A DNA stretch of 64,000 bases from an uncultured Planctomycetaceae bacterium (GCA_964457365.1 CAYWFP010000006.1:13329-77328), one strand, 5' to 3'. Shown: positions 12,005 through 23,548, counted from the first letter of the stretch. Numbers and translations are program-made. The notes: a model not told the origin generated them from the letters alone.

Positions 12005-12361
12005 ATGTGCCCGGGTGAAGCGCAAAGGAACGCGCTGGGCCTCTGCCGGAAATGCCTCCGCGCCCACGCGCTGGGCCTGCTGCTCCTTCTCTTCGTGCCG
12101 TACTGGGGCGCGTACCTCGGGCTGTCGCGGTATGCGATGGCACGGTCGAGCCAGCGAGAGAAATTCGATTGGCAATCGTCTGGGCATATGTTCTTTCTTC
12201 CGGGTGCGCCCGAGGTGGATCTCGACCGCATTGAGAAGTGCAGATGCCGGCGAAATCACCGCCTTCTCCTTGTCGCCTTCTTTCCGCTGCGGGTGTTCGA
12301 GTGGAAATTCCTGGGCGGTTATCGTCCGGTAACGCGCATGCCGCACGGCATCGGCGGGTAA
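12005..12361 (+). CDS. Hypothetical small Cys-containing membrane protein
   Basis: 119-codon ORF with CxxxxxxxxxC-x2-C and CRC motifs plus a hydrophobic segment. There is no homology signal, so the call is weak. Confidence 0.25.
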   Translation: MCPGEAQRNALGLCRKCLRAHALGLLLLLFVPYWGAYLGLSRYAMARSSQREKFDWQSSGHMFFLPGAPEVDLDRIEKCRCRRNHRLLLVAFFPLRVFEWKFLGGYRPVTRMPHGIGG

Positions 12362-12367
12362 CGCCTC

Positions 12368-12396
12368 TTGGCAATTCCCGCCCCACCGCATACAAT
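12368..12396 (+). promoter_or_regulatory. Sigma70-like promoter TTGGCA-17-TACAAT immediately upstream of mnmG
   Basis: -35 TTGGCA at 12368-12373 and -10 TACAAT at 12391-12396; the ATG is at 12405, giving a very short leader. Confidence 0.35.
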
Positions 12397-12404
12397 CCCC
12401 TCCC

Positions 12405-14228
<1,824 letters not shown>

Positions 14229-14289
14229 CCGGACGGCGCGAGACGTCGGCAAGACGCGCGCCTGTTGGAGAACCGATGCGACAGCATGA

Positions 14290-16521
14290 GTGTCAACCCG
14301 AGCCAGCGGAGGCCTCGTGAACGCCCTCTCCCCCGCCCAGCACGCCCGCGGCCAGCAGGCGGCGCTCCGCGCCAACCTGATGATGATGGTCTCCAACGCC
14401 ATCCTCATCGGCCCGGTGATGATGCTCTTCGCCAACGACGTGCTGGGCTTCTCGCCCAAGCGCATCGCCGCGATCCTGGCGATCATCCCCCTCGTCGGCC
14501 TGGCCCGGATCGTTCTCCTGGAGACGCTGCGGCGGCAGGGCAAGCGCCGGATCATCTACTACGGCGAGGGCGTGCGCCTGGCCATCGTTCTGGTGCTGCT
14601 GCTGCTCCCGTCGGCGTGGCTCTCCTTCGAGCTCTACGTGGCGCTTCTGTGCGTCTACGTCGCCGGCCAGCAACTCGGCGTCGGCGTCGCCTGGCAGCCG
14701 CTGCTGCGGGATATCACCACCACCGAAGACCGCGGCCGCTTCTTCGCCCGCATGCGTTTCTGGTTCCAGGTCGTCACCGCGGCGATGATGATCGCGATCC
14801 CGTTCCTCATCGGCCAGAGCATCCTGCCGTGGCAGTACAAGGGGCTGCTGCTGCTGGCGGTCGCGGGGGCGGCGAACCGGATCTACTGGGTTCGGCGGAT
14901 CCCGGAGCTTCCGCCCGCGCGGAAGGACGGCCCGCGGACAATCCTCTCCCCGCGCCTGTGGCAGGTGCTCAAACGATCTCCGCTGCTGCGGCTGCCGCTG
15001 CTGATCGCGGTGTTGGTGCTGCTGATCCAGGTGCCCATCTATGTCGTCTACCTCAAGACGATGATGCACGCGCCCTCGAACATCGCCAGCGCCTTCATCG
15101 CCGCGAGCATGCTCGGCGTCGCCGCGAGCCTCCTGCTCTGGGGGCGGATCGCCGACGCGCTGGGCTTCCGCCCGCTCCTGACGGGGTTGCTGCTGCTCTT
15201 CGTGCTGCTGACACCGCTGCACCTTCTCATCGCACCCTTCCCGCAGGCATACTCGGGGCTGACCGGGCTGGGCCTGCCCGAGTACGTCACCCTCGCGGTC
15301 CTGCTGCTGCAGGGCTTTCTGCAGGGCGCGCTCGCCGCGGGCATCGGCATCGCCAACACCTCGATCCAGCACTACCACGTCCGCAGCGAGGACTCCTTCG
15401 AGGCGATGAACCTCTACCAGATGGCGCTGGTGCCGGCCACCGGCCTGGTGCATCTCTTCTACGGCTACCTCCTCGACGACTTCGTCCTCCCGCGCGGGAA
15501 CGTACCCTTCGCCAACGGCGTTCTCCACTTCGACTGGCTCAAGGGCTACTTCTTCTGCGTCGCCGTGCCGATGGCGGCGGTGGTGCTCGTGCTGATCCGG
15601 CGGCTGCCGAACACCCGCCCCTGGTTCGGCGTGGGCCACTTCTTCACCTCGCTCTCGATGTCGCCGCTGCGCGTCATGATGGCCGAGCGCTTCGTCTATC
15701 ACGAGGACGAGGACACCCGCTGCCGCACCGCGCGCTGGTTCGCCGCCCACCCCTCGCCGCTGACGGTGGATCCGCTGAGCGAGCTCTTGAGCGATCCGTC
15801 GTACGACGTCCGCGTCGCCGCCATCCGCGCGCTCGCCGAGACCGGGAGCGACCTGGCGGGCAAGCGTCTGCTGGCGATGCTCGAGGACGAGAACCAGCGT
15901 TTCGTCGCCGCGCACGTGGCCTGGGCGCTGGGCGAACTCAGGTACCGGCCGGCCGTCGAGGCGCTGCTTGTCGCCTTGCGGGATAAGGAACGCGCCAGCC
16001 TGCAGGCCATGGCCGCGCGCGCACTCGGCAAGCTCGGCGACGAACGGGCGGTCGAGCCGCTGGCCGAACTGCTGCGTCGCCGGCCCCGTCGACGGCTGGT
16101 GGTCAGCTCCGCCGCGCGCGCGCTCCTGCGCTTCGACGGCCCGGCGCGGGCGTACGCGGAGCCGCTCTTCGGCGCGCTGGCGAGCCTGGAGGAACGCGAG
16201 GACCGGTTCGAGCTGATGGACGGGCTCTGCGGCATGCTCGGCATCTCCAATACCTGGCTGCTGCGCTACCTCGAGGAGGCCCAGTCGGCCCGAGGCGCCC
16301 TCGGCGCCTACGCGGCCTACCAGAACGCCGGCTGGCGCAGCGAACGCGCGGACGTGCTCGAAGCGCTGGAACAGCGCCGCACGGAGGCTATACTGGAGAT
16401 GGTCGCCGCGGCCGCGGCGGACGATCCGGTCATTCGCGGGCTGCGGGCGGTGCTGGCGCGCTGCAGGCAGTTGACGCCGGTCCATGTCATGGCCGTGGCG
16501 TGGCTGATGTTGAAGGAGTAG
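14290..16521 (+). CDS. MFS transporter fused to C-terminal HEAT (PBS-lyase-type) repeat domain
   Basis: About 12 TM helices over the first 460 aa, then tandem HEAT-like repeats (DVRVAAIRALAETG ... FVAAHVAWALGELR ... ASLQAMAARALGKLGD). GTG start. Confidence 0.75.
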   Translation: MSTRASGGLVNALSPAQHARGQQAALRANLMMMVSNAILIGPVMMLFANDVLGFSPKRIAAILAIIPLVGLARIVLLETLRRQGKRRIIYYGEGVRLAIVLVLLLLPSAWLSFELYVALLCVYVAGQQLGVGVAWQPLLRDITTTEDRGRFFARMRFWFQVVTAAMMIAIPFLIGQSILPWQYKGLLLLAVAGAANRIYWVRRIPELPPARKDGPRTILSPRLWQVLKRSPLLRLPLLIAVLVLLIQVPIYVVYLKTMMHAPSNIASAFIAASMLGVAASLLLWGRIADALGFRPLLTGLLLLFVLLTPLHLLIAPFPQAYSGLTGLGLPEYVTLAVLLLQGFLQGALAAGIGIANTSIQHYHVRSEDSFEAMNLYQMALVPATGLVHLFYGYLLDDFVLPRGNVPFANGVLHFDWLKGYFFCVAVPMAAVVLVLIRRLPNTRPWFGVGHFFTSLSMSPLRVMMAERFVYHEDEDTRCRTARWFAAHPSPLTVDPLSELLSDPSYDVRVAAIRALAETGSDLAGKRLLAMLEDENQRFVAAHVAWALGELRYRPAVEALLVALRDKERASLQAMAARALGKLGDERAVEPLAELLRRRPRRRLVVSSAARALLRFDGPARAYAEPLFGALASLEEREDRFELMDGLCGMLGISNTWLLRYLEEAQSARGALGAYAAYQNAGWRSERADVLEALEQRRTEAILEMVAAAAADDPVIRGLRAVLARCRQLTPVHVMAVAWLMLKE

Positions 16522-16524
16522 CCC

Positions 16525-17319
16525 ATGCCCAATCGTTTCGACGGCAAGGTCGTCTGGATCACCGGCGCCTCCAGCGGCATCGGCGAGGCCCTGGCCCACT
16601 CCTTCGCGCGCGCGCGCGCGCGCCTGATCCTCTCCGCGCGCAGTGTCGAAAAGCTGCACGAGGTGGCCGCGGCGATGCCGACCGGCGATGTCCGCGTGCT
16701 GCCGTTGGATCTCTCCATCAACGACGCGCTGCCGGCGAAGGCCGACGAGGCCCGCTCGCTCTTCGGCCGCGTCGACATTCTGGTCAACAACGGCGGCGTG
16801 AGCCAGCGTTCCTTCGCCATGGACACGCCGCTGGAGACCACCCGCTACCTGATGGAGGTCAACTTCTTCGGCGCGGTCACCCTGACGCACCGGCTGCTGC
16901 CGGCGATGCAGGAGCAGGGCGGCGGACACGTCGTGGTGATCAGCAGCGTCATGGGCAAGTTCGGCGCGCGGCGGCGCTCCTCGTACGCGGCGAGCAAGCA
17001 CGCGCTGCACGGCTACTTCGACGCCCTGCGCGCGGAGGTCTGGCAGGGCGGCATCCGCGTCACTCTCGTCTGCCCCGGCTACGTCCGCACCAACATCTCC
17101 TGCAACGCCTTCGAGGCCGGCGGCAAACCCCACGGCAGGATGGACCCGGGCCAGGACAAGGGCATGACGCCGGCGGCCTGCGCCGCGAAGATCCTGACCG
17201 CCGTGGCCCGCGGCCGCGACGAGATCACCATCGGCGGGCGCGAGACCTGGGGCGTGGTGGCCAAGCGCTTCCTCCCGGGCCTGCTGAACCGCATGCTGCG
17301 CACCATCGATCCCGATTAG
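16525..17319 (+). CDS. SDR-family short-chain dehydrogenase/reductase
   Basis: TGASSGIG cofactor motif, NNGG and the YAASK catalytic motif; starts 4 nt after the preceding stop. Confidence 0.9.
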   Translation: MPNRFDGKVVWITGASSGIGEALAHSFARARARLILSARSVEKLHEVAAAMPTGDVRVLPLDLSINDALPAKADEARSLFGRVDILVNNGGVSQRSFAMDTPLETTRYLMEVNFFGAVTLTHRLLPAMQEQGGGHVVVISSVMGKFGARRRSSYAASKHALHGYFDALRAEVWQGGIRVTLVCPGYVRTNISCNAFEAGGKPHGRMDPGQDKGMTPAACAAKILTAVARGRDEITIGGRETWGVVAKRFLPGLLNRMLRTIDPD

Positions 17320-17491
17320 ATCCCGTTCATCCCGCTTGACCATGCGTTTGATGCAACGGACTCGCTTTTTTGCCGGCGAAAACCTTTTCGCCCGGCAATG
17401 CGTTTTGACTTCGCCCGAATTCCCGGTATAGTATAGCCGCGCGGCGTGGGGGCGGGCGTCGATCCCAGACAAGGCGGCCTGCGTGATCCGG

Positions 17492-18541
17492 ATGAACGAG
17501 GAGACGACCGCGATGAGCGCGCGGTGGACCGAGAAGGACGCCGGCGGCACCTCCCTGCGCGACCGGACGCTGGCGGAGTTACGCCGGCAGCGCGGCGCGG
17601 CTTCCGGCGCGGATCTGGCCGGCATCGACCTCGCCGGCGAGGATTTGAGCGACATGCACCTCTCGGGGGTGGATCTGCGCCACGCCAACCTCTCCCACGC
17701 GGTGCTGAGCGGGGTCGACCTCTCCTTCGCCGACCTCTCCGGCGCCAATCTCTTCCAGGCCCGGCTCGACCGCGCGGAGCTCCTGGGCGCGAACCTCGGC
17801 GGCAGCGACTGCCGCGAATGCACGGGCACCGGCGTCGGCCTCGGCGGGGCGGACCTCTCGCGCGCGGGCTTCTTCGGCGCGCGCCTGGAACGCTCCACCC
17901 TGACCAAGGCCAACCTGCACGCGGCCGATTTCCGCGGCGCCAGCCTGCAGCACTGCCGCGTCCGCGAGGCCGACCTGACCGAGGTCGACTTCACCGGCGC
18001 GGACCTGCAGTTCGCCGACCTCACCGCCAGCGACGTGTACAAGGCGGTGCTGAACAACGCCGACCTGCGCGAAACGAGACTGCATGATCTGAAACGCTAT
18101 TACAGCGCCCGGTGGCTCAACACCGATATCCGCCACACCAATTTCTGCGGCACGTACCTGCTGCGCCGGTATATCGTCGACGAGAACTACCTCCACGAGT
18201 TCCGCAACAGCGACGGCCTGCGCTACGCCCTCTACTGGGCCTGGTGGATCACCTCCGACTGCGGGCGGAGCCTGTCGCGCTGGGCGGCCTGGACGGCCGG
18301 CATCGCGCTGCTCTTCGCCGTCGTCTACTCCTTCATGGAGATCGACTACGGCGGCCACCCGACGTGGTTCTCCACGGTGTACTTCAGCATCGTCACGATG
18401 ACGACCCTCGGTTACGGCGACGTGGTGCCCTCCTCGACCGCGGCGCAGGTGGTGGCCACCGTCGAGGTGATCCTCGGCTATCTGGCACTGGGTGGGGTGC
18501 TCTCCATCTTCGCCAACAAGATGGGCCGGCGCGCGGACTGA
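17492..18541 (+). CDS. Pentapeptide-repeat domain fused to two-TM potassium-channel pore domain
   Basis: Tandem A(D/N)LxxA(D/N)L pentapeptide repeats over about 200 aa, then two TM helices flanking the selectivity filter TTLGYGD. An alternative GTG start lies at 17483. Confidence 0.8.
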   Translation: MNEETTAMSARWTEKDAGGTSLRDRTLAELRRQRGAASGADLAGIDLAGEDLSDMHLSGVDLRHANLSHAVLSGVDLSFADLSGANLFQARLDRAELLGANLGGSDCRECTGTGVGLGGADLSRAGFFGARLERSTLTKANLHAADFRGASLQHCRVREADLTEVDFTGADLQFADLTASDVYKAVLNNADLRETRLHDLKRYYSARWLNTDIRHTNFCGTYLLRRYIVDENYLHEFRNSDGLRYALYWAWWITSDCGRSLSRWAAWTAGIALLFAVVYSFMEIDYGGHPTWFSTVYFSIVTMTTLGYGDVVPSSTAAQVVATVEVILGYLALGGVLSIFANKMGRRAD

Positions 18542-18572
18542 AAGCCCGCTGCCAAGCGAAAGGAAAAGGGAA

Positions 18573-19427
18573 ATGTTCGAGTTCTTCAAACGGCTCCGCG
18601 TCGACCCGAAAGCGCGCATGCGCGAGGTGCTCGGCGAGTTCAAGCTGCCGACGTTCCCGCAGGTGGTGATGAAGGCGCTCGGCAAGATCCGCGAGCCCGG
18701 CGTCTCCGCGCGCGAGGTCGGCGAGATCATCGGCACCGACCCGGGGCTTTCGCTGCAGATCTTCAAGATCGTCAACTCCGCGGCCTTCCAGACGCGGCAC
18801 AAGATCACCGACATCAACCAGGCCGTGGCGCTGATGGGCATGTCCAGCCTCGAGGCGCTGCTGCTCTCGGTCGCCGTCGGCAACCAGCTCCCGCGCACGA
18901 GCGGCCAGTATTACGACTACAAGGTCTTCTGGCGCGCGGCGATGCAGCGCGCGGCGCTGGCGAGCTCCTTCTCCTCGGTCGTCTGCCCCAGCCGCAAGAT
19001 GGAGAGCTTCACCGCGGCGCTGCTGCAGGACATGGCCATCCCCTTCCTGGTCAAACAGCAGGCCGGCAAGTACATCCCGGTGCTCGACTCCTGGCGCCGC
19101 GAGGCCGGCACCGACCTGGCCAGGCTCGAACGCGAGCGTTTCGAGTGGGACCACGCCGAGGTGGCCACCTGGCTCTGCGACGAGTGGTCGCTCCCGGAGA
19201 CCATCAGCATGGCCATCGGCGAGCATCACGGCAGCCTCGACCTCGGGGGCCGGTGCCCCATGCCCGTGCGCGTCGTGAACTGCGTCCGCGACTTCGAGAG
19301 CAACAGCGGTATCGACGAGGTGACTGACCGCGCGCCGGAAGAGCTGAAGATCGAGAAGGAGAAGGTCAAGGTCCTCGTCGACGAGAGTCTCGAAATCGCC
19401 GAGGACCTGTTCAAGCTGTTTCGCTGA
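18573..19427 (+). CDS. HDOD (HD-related output domain) protein
   Basis: Start MFEFFKRL with AGGAAAAGGG RBS. The HDOD pattern fits (FPQVVMKALGKIREPGVSAREVGEIIGTDPGLSLQIFKIVNSAAFQ). Confidence 0.75.
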   Translation: MFEFFKRLRVDPKARMREVLGEFKLPTFPQVVMKALGKIREPGVSAREVGEIIGTDPGLSLQIFKIVNSAAFQTRHKITDINQAVALMGMSSLEALLLSVAVGNQLPRTSGQYYDYKVFWRAAMQRAALASSFSSVVCPSRKMESFTAALLQDMAIPFLVKQQAGKYIPVLDSWRREAGTDLARLERERFEWDHAEVATWLCDEWSLPETISMAIGEHHGSLDLGGRCPMPVRVVNCVRDFESNSGIDEVTDRAPEELKIEKEKVKVLVDESLEIAEDLFKLFR

Positions 19428-19492
19428 AGCGGCCGGCATCGATGCCGTCGAACGGTTTCTCCAAACGCGCGGCCCTCGGCGAAGACGGATAG

Positions 19493-20350
19493 TCAGCGGC
19501 CACCCGCCGCCCACGCCAGCAGGCTCAGCACGCCCAGCCCGTAATACGTGTACTCCGCGTCCGGCCCCGGATCGCGGGCGCTGCCGGCGAAGCCGCCGCC
19601 GGCACATGCCAGTCCGCGCGCAAACCGCCCCAGCGGCGCTAGCCTGAGCGCCCGCATGGCCCCCGCCTCATGCAGGGCCGTCAGCGCCGTGAAGCTGCTG
19701 AGCAGGTCGCCCGCCGGTACCGCCGGCGTAGCCCGGAAGCCCCCGTCCCCGGTCTGCTGCGCAGCCAGAAACGCCGTGCCCGCCTCGACCCACTCCGGCG
19801 GCGTCTCGTCCAGCCGTACCAGCACGCTCAGCGCCGCGGCGGTGGCATTGGTCTGCGGCAGGCTCGTCTCCTCACTGCGGCGGAAACCGCCCGCGGACGC
19901 GCGCAACGCGCCCAGCGCCGCCAGAAGCGTTTCCTCCGCCGGCCTCTCTTCGTGCAGCAGTTCCAGGCAGAGACTGCCGAGGAAGACGGCGTACGCGTTG
20001 GGCTTCGCCAATGCTTCTTGCAGCAGATACCGCGCCGGCGTCTCCGGCAGCGGCAGGCCCAGCATCGCCGCGCCGTCGAGCAGGCAGTAGCGGTCGACCA
20101 GCGTCGCCGCCGTCTGCTTCCGGAGGTACTCGCCCGCCCGGGCGAGGCGTGCCGGATCGGGTGTCGCCGGCGCCGCGCAGAGGTGCAACGCCCGCAGGGC
20201 GAAACGGGTGTAATACAGGTCGCTCCCGCCTTGCGGTCCCCGGAAGCCGCCGTCGTCCTGTTGCTGCGCGTGAAGAAACGCCGCGTGACCCTGGCGGAAT
20301 GCCGCGGGCAGGGCGCCCGCACCGGCGATGATCGCCTCCGGCCACCTCAC
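19493..20350 (-). CDS. Prenyltransferase/squalene-oxidase-repeat (alpha/alpha toroid, terpene-cyclase beta-domain-like) protein, stand-alone about 285 aa
   Basis: Repeated xxDGGF(R) motifs (QQQDDGGFRG, GGFRRSEETS, QQTGDGGFRA, AGGGFAGS). GTG start at 20350 overlaps the upstream TGA stop (GTGA). The 877-aa ORF 19493..22126 is not one gene. Confidence 0.65.
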   Translation of the reverse strand: MRWPEAIIAGAGALPAAFRQGHAAFLHAQQQDDGGFRGPQGGSDLYYTRFALRALHLCAAPATPDPARLARAGEYLRKQTAATLVDRYCLLDGAAMLGLPLPETPARYLLQEALAKPNAYAVFLGSLCLELLHEERPAEETLLAALGALRASAGGFRRSEETSLPQTNATAAALSVLVRLDETPPEWVEAGTAFLAAQQTGDGGFRATPAVPAGDLLSSFTALTALHEAGAMRALRLAPLGRFARGLACAGGGFAGSARDPGPDAEYTYYGLGVLSLLAWAAGGR

Positions 20351-22050
20351 CGCGCGTCGCCTAGAATCAGCCGCGCCAGCCGCCGCAGCAGTTCGGCCAG
20401 ATCGGCCTCGCCCAGTTCGCCCGCCAGTCCCAGCGCCCGCCGCCGGTACCGGTCCATCAACTCGCGCGCCTGCTCGAAGGCCCCCGTGGATTCGTACAGG
20501 TAGGCCCGTTCCTCCAGAAACTCCGCGGCGCTCATGCAGTCGCAGTACGGTTCGTGCAGCCGCGCCGCCTGTTCGCCATTCGCGTTCTCCAGCGCCAGCA
20601 GGTGCGGCAGCGTCGGCCGCCCGGCGATGGCGTCGCGGCCGTCGCGGATGTGGCCGTCGGCGCCGCGGTCCCAGTCCTCCAGGTCGTCCTGGATCTGGTA
20701 CGCCACCCCCACCGCGCGCGCGTACGCCTTCAGCACCTGCTCGTCGAAATCCGCCTCTGCCGCGCGCAGCCCGGTATACAGCGCCGCGTGAAACGCCGGC
20801 GCGGTCTTGCCGGCATAGATCGCCAGCACGTCCAGCGGCCGCATCTGCCGCACCCCGCCGCGCTGCCAGGCCAGTTCCGCCCCTTGCCACCGGCAGAGCC
20901 GCAGGTGCGCGTCCGCGAGCAGCGCCACGATATCCCCCGCCGCGGCCGCGCCCAGAGCGCCGCGCGCCTCCGCGACCAACCGGTACCCCAGCCCCACCAG
21001 CGCATCGCCGACGTTGATCGCCTGCGCCACGCCGTGCGCGCGATGGAGCGTCGGCCTGCCGTAGCGCGTGGCGTCGTCGTCCTCGATATCGTCGTGCACC
21101 AGGCTGGCCTTGTGCAGCGCCTCGATGGCCACGGCCAGGCGGCAGATTTCGTCGGGCAGCGTCGGCGGCGTCCCCGTCGCCAGCGCCGTGCCGCCGTCTC
21201 GGCCGACGAGGTGGCACGCCAGGACGGCAAACGGCCGCAGCCGCTTGCCGCCGCGCCGCAGCCAGGCGAACGCGGTCGTCTCGGCGAATCGCGCCGGCCC
21301 CGGCGGGTCGCCGTCCTCGACTTCCAGCGCGCCCGCGAGCAGCGGGATGAGCCGCTTCGGCGCGAACAAAGCCCGCGTGTGCCGCAGGAGCGGCAGCAGG
21401 CTCGCGTGTGCGGTCGGGATCGCGTCGGTGCTGAGCCGCAGCAGTTCGCGCAGCCGCGCGAGATCCGTCTCCGTATCCCTGCAGCCGTCTTTCAGCAACG
21501 GCACCGCCAGATGCGGCAGCCCCAGCGCGCTGACTCTGGGGTACGCCTTCTCGAGCGAGTCCATGCACGCCACGCCGAGCACCCCCTCGGCCTCTTCGGC
21601 CAGCACCGCCTTCAGGATCGACGGCGCGCCCTCCTCGATGCGCACGCGGTAGCCCAGCGCTACGGCTTCCTTGCGGATTCCGCTCAGGTCGCACGCGCCG
21701 CAGCCCGCGCAGGCGAAGGATTCGCCCGCGTAGCCGCCCTTGCACGCGGCGCTGTCGCGCAGGCAGTGCGGCAGCAACAGCAGGCGCTTGCCGCACGGCA
21801 GCGCGGCGAACGCCTCGCGCCAGTAGGCGTTGTTCAACTCGATCAGCAGAAACCCGAGCGCGCTCTCGGGCAGATTCAGCGCCGCGAGCATATCGCGCCC
21901 CGCCGTTTCCAACGTCTCGCGATCGAGCGTCTGTGGCAGGGACGCCTGCGCGGCAACCTCGGCGATGCGGCGGCGGATGTGCGGATCGGCGGGGATCTCG
22001 TGCGCGGCCGGGGCGCCGGGGCGCGCCGTGTCGTTGGAGATATCGCCCAT
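20347..22050 (-). CDS. DUF116-like Cys-rich domain fused to trans-polyprenyl diphosphate synthase
   Basis: The N-terminal about 260 aa carries PHCLR...C..CAGCGAC (DUF116-like). The C-terminal half has the prenyl synthase aspartate motifs DDIEDDDATRYGRPTLH (FARM) and QIQDDLEDW (SARM). ATG at 22050 has a GGAG RBS. Confidence 0.75.
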   Translation of the reverse strand: MGDISNDTARPGAPAAHEIPADPHIRRRIAEVAAQASLPQTLDRETLETAGRDMLAALNLPESALGFLLIELNNAYWREAFAALPCGKRLLLLPHCLRDSAACKGGYAGESFACAGCGACDLSGIRKEAVALGYRVRIEEGAPSILKAVLAEEAEGVLGVACMDSLEKAYPRVSALGLPHLAVPLLKDGCRDTETDLARLRELLRLSTDAIPTAHASLLPLLRHTRALFAPKRLIPLLAGALEVEDGDPPGPARFAETTAFAWLRRGGKRLRPFAVLACHLVGRDGGTALATGTPPTLPDEICRLAVAIEALHKASLVHDDIEDDDATRYGRPTLHRAHGVAQAINVGDALVGLGYRLVAEARGALGAAAAGDIVALLADAHLRLCRWQGAELAWQRGGVRQMRPLDVLAIYAGKTAPAFHAALYTGLRAAEADFDEQVLKAYARAVGVAYQIQDDLEDWDRGADGHIRDGRDAIAGRPTLPHLLALENANGEQAARLHEPYCDCMSAAEFLEERAYLYESTGAFEQARELMDRYRRRALGLAGELGEADLAELLRRLARLILGDAR

Positions 22051-22247
22051 ACCGGCTCCTCGCCCCTCTTCGGGAGTATAGCCGACGCCGGAGCAGGGCG
22101 CAAGGGCGGGGACCGGAAGGCTGCAAGGCCAGCCGCAGCAGGAGGATGACGGTGTGCCGGGTATCATGAACTCCGGAGTTTACATCGGCAATGCGCCAAC
22201 AGCGTTTGACTCACGCATTCCGGGATCGACTCCGTCGGTATCCCGGT

Positions 22248-22493
22248 TTACGCCTCTTCCTCACCCCGCTCGTAGGTCATGGCGATGCGCAGGGCGATCA
22301 ATCCGGCCATCAGCACGGCGAAGACGATCGCGGCCGTGGTCGACACCATGACCTGCCAGCCGTAGGCGGTCGGAATCACGATTGGCAGCAGCGGCAGCAG
22401 GTTGGTCAGCGACGCGTCCGCTTTCGCCCGTTTCAAACCGTAATGCATCGCCACCGCGATGATAAGAGCGCTCGCTCCGAGGGTCGGCAGCAT
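22248..22493 (-). CDS. Hypothetical small membrane protein (81 aa, two TM)
   Basis: C-terminal portion of ORF 22248..23441 starting at MLPTLGAS. The remainder of that ORF overlaps trpD in another frame and is rejected. Confidence 0.35.
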   Translation of the reverse strand: MLPTLGASALIIAVAMHYGLKRAKADASLTNLLPLLPIVIPTAYGWQVMVSTTAAIVFAVLMAGLIALRIAMTYERGEEEA

Positions 22494-22522
22494 GCGTCGA
22501 TTCCTCGCATCGTTTTGCGAAT

Positions 22523-23533
22523 CTACCCCCCGCTCACATCCACCAGCTTCGCCAGCGTTTCCTGCGCCCTGCCGGTGTCGATGGTTTCGGACGCGAGGTC
22601 GATCCCCGCCTGCAGGTCCTCGGCCTTGTCCGCCACGTACAGCGCCGCGCCGGCGTTCAGGAGCACGATGTCGCGCGCCGGGCCGGTCCTGCCCTGCAGC
22701 ACCTCGCGGATCACCCGCGCGCTCTCCTGCGGGCTCTGCACACGCAGCTTCTCGATGGGTGTGCGCGACAGGCCGAAGTCGTCGGGCGCCAGGACGTACT
22801 CGTTGATCTCGCCGCCCTTGAGCTCCGCGACGGTGGTCTCCTCGCCGATGGTGATCTCGTCGGCGCCGTCGTGGCCGTGGACGACCAGCGCGTGCTGCGA
22901 GCCCAGTTCCTTCAGGACGCTCGCCATCACCGGCGTGAGGGTCGAGGCGTAGACGCCCAGCAGTTGATGCTTCGCGCCGGCGGGGTTGGTCAGGGGCCCG
23001 AGGATGTTGAAGACCGTGCGGATGCCGATCTCGCGGCGCGGGCCGATGGCGTGCTTCATCGCCCCGTGCAGCAGCGGCGCGAAGAGAAAGCCGATTCCCG
23101 CCTCGGCGATGCAGCGCTCCACCGTGGCCGTGTCGGCCTCGATGTTGACGCCGAGTTCCTTCAGCACGTCGGCCGCGCCCGAGGTCGAGCTGACCGAGCG
23201 GTTGCCGTGCTTGGCCACGCGCGCGCCGCCCGCGGCCGCGACGAGGGCCGCGGCGGTGGAGACGTTGAAAGTGCCGCGCTCGTCGCCGCCGGTGCCGACG
23301 ACGTCGATGAAGAGATCCTCGCCGGCGTCGATGCGGGTGGCCTTCTCGCGCATCACCGCGGCGAAACCGGCGATCTCGGCCACGGTCTCGCCCTTGGACC
23401 GCAGCGCCGTCAAGAGGCAGGCGATCTGCGCGTCGGTGCACGCGCCGGACATGACCTCGTCCATCACCGCCTGCGCCTGCGCCTGCGACAGGTCCTCGCC
23501 CTCGACCACCTGCTTGATCGCTTCGCGGATCAT
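22523..23533 (-). CDS. trpD: Anthranilate phosphoribosyltransferase
   Basis: 336 aa with TrpD motifs VVGTGGDERGTFNVSTAAALVAAAGGARVAKHGNR and ILGPLTNPAGA. Confidence 0.95.
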   Translation of the reverse strand: MIREAIKQVVEGEDLSQAQAQAVMDEVMSGACTDAQIACLLTALRSKGETVAEIAGFAAVMREKATRIDAGEDLFIDVVGTGGDERGTFNVSTAAALVAAAGGARVAKHGNRSVSSTSGAADVLKELGVNIEADTATVERCIAEAGIGFLFAPLLHGAMKHAIGPRREIGIRTVFNILGPLTNPAGAKHQLLGVYASTLTPVMASVLKELGSQHALVVHGHDGADEITIGEETTVAELKGGEINEYVLAPDDFGLSRTPIEKLRVQSPQESARVIREVLQGRTGPARDIVLLNAGAALYVADKAEDLQAGIDLASETIDTGRAQETLAKLVDVSGG

Positions 23534-23548
23534 CGCGCCTCCCGTTGC

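Noticed and set aside
19493-22126. 877-aa ORF treated as one gene
   Set aside because: Only its C-terminal about 285 aa (the prenyltransferase-repeat protein) is supported. The N-terminal 590 aa overlap, out of frame, with the well-supported DUF116-polyprenyl synthase gene.
22248-23441. 397-aa ORF overlapping trpD
   Set aside because: It is out of frame with the unambiguous trpD gene. Only the last 81 codons (22248..22493) lie outside trpD, and these are kept as a weak small membrane protein call.
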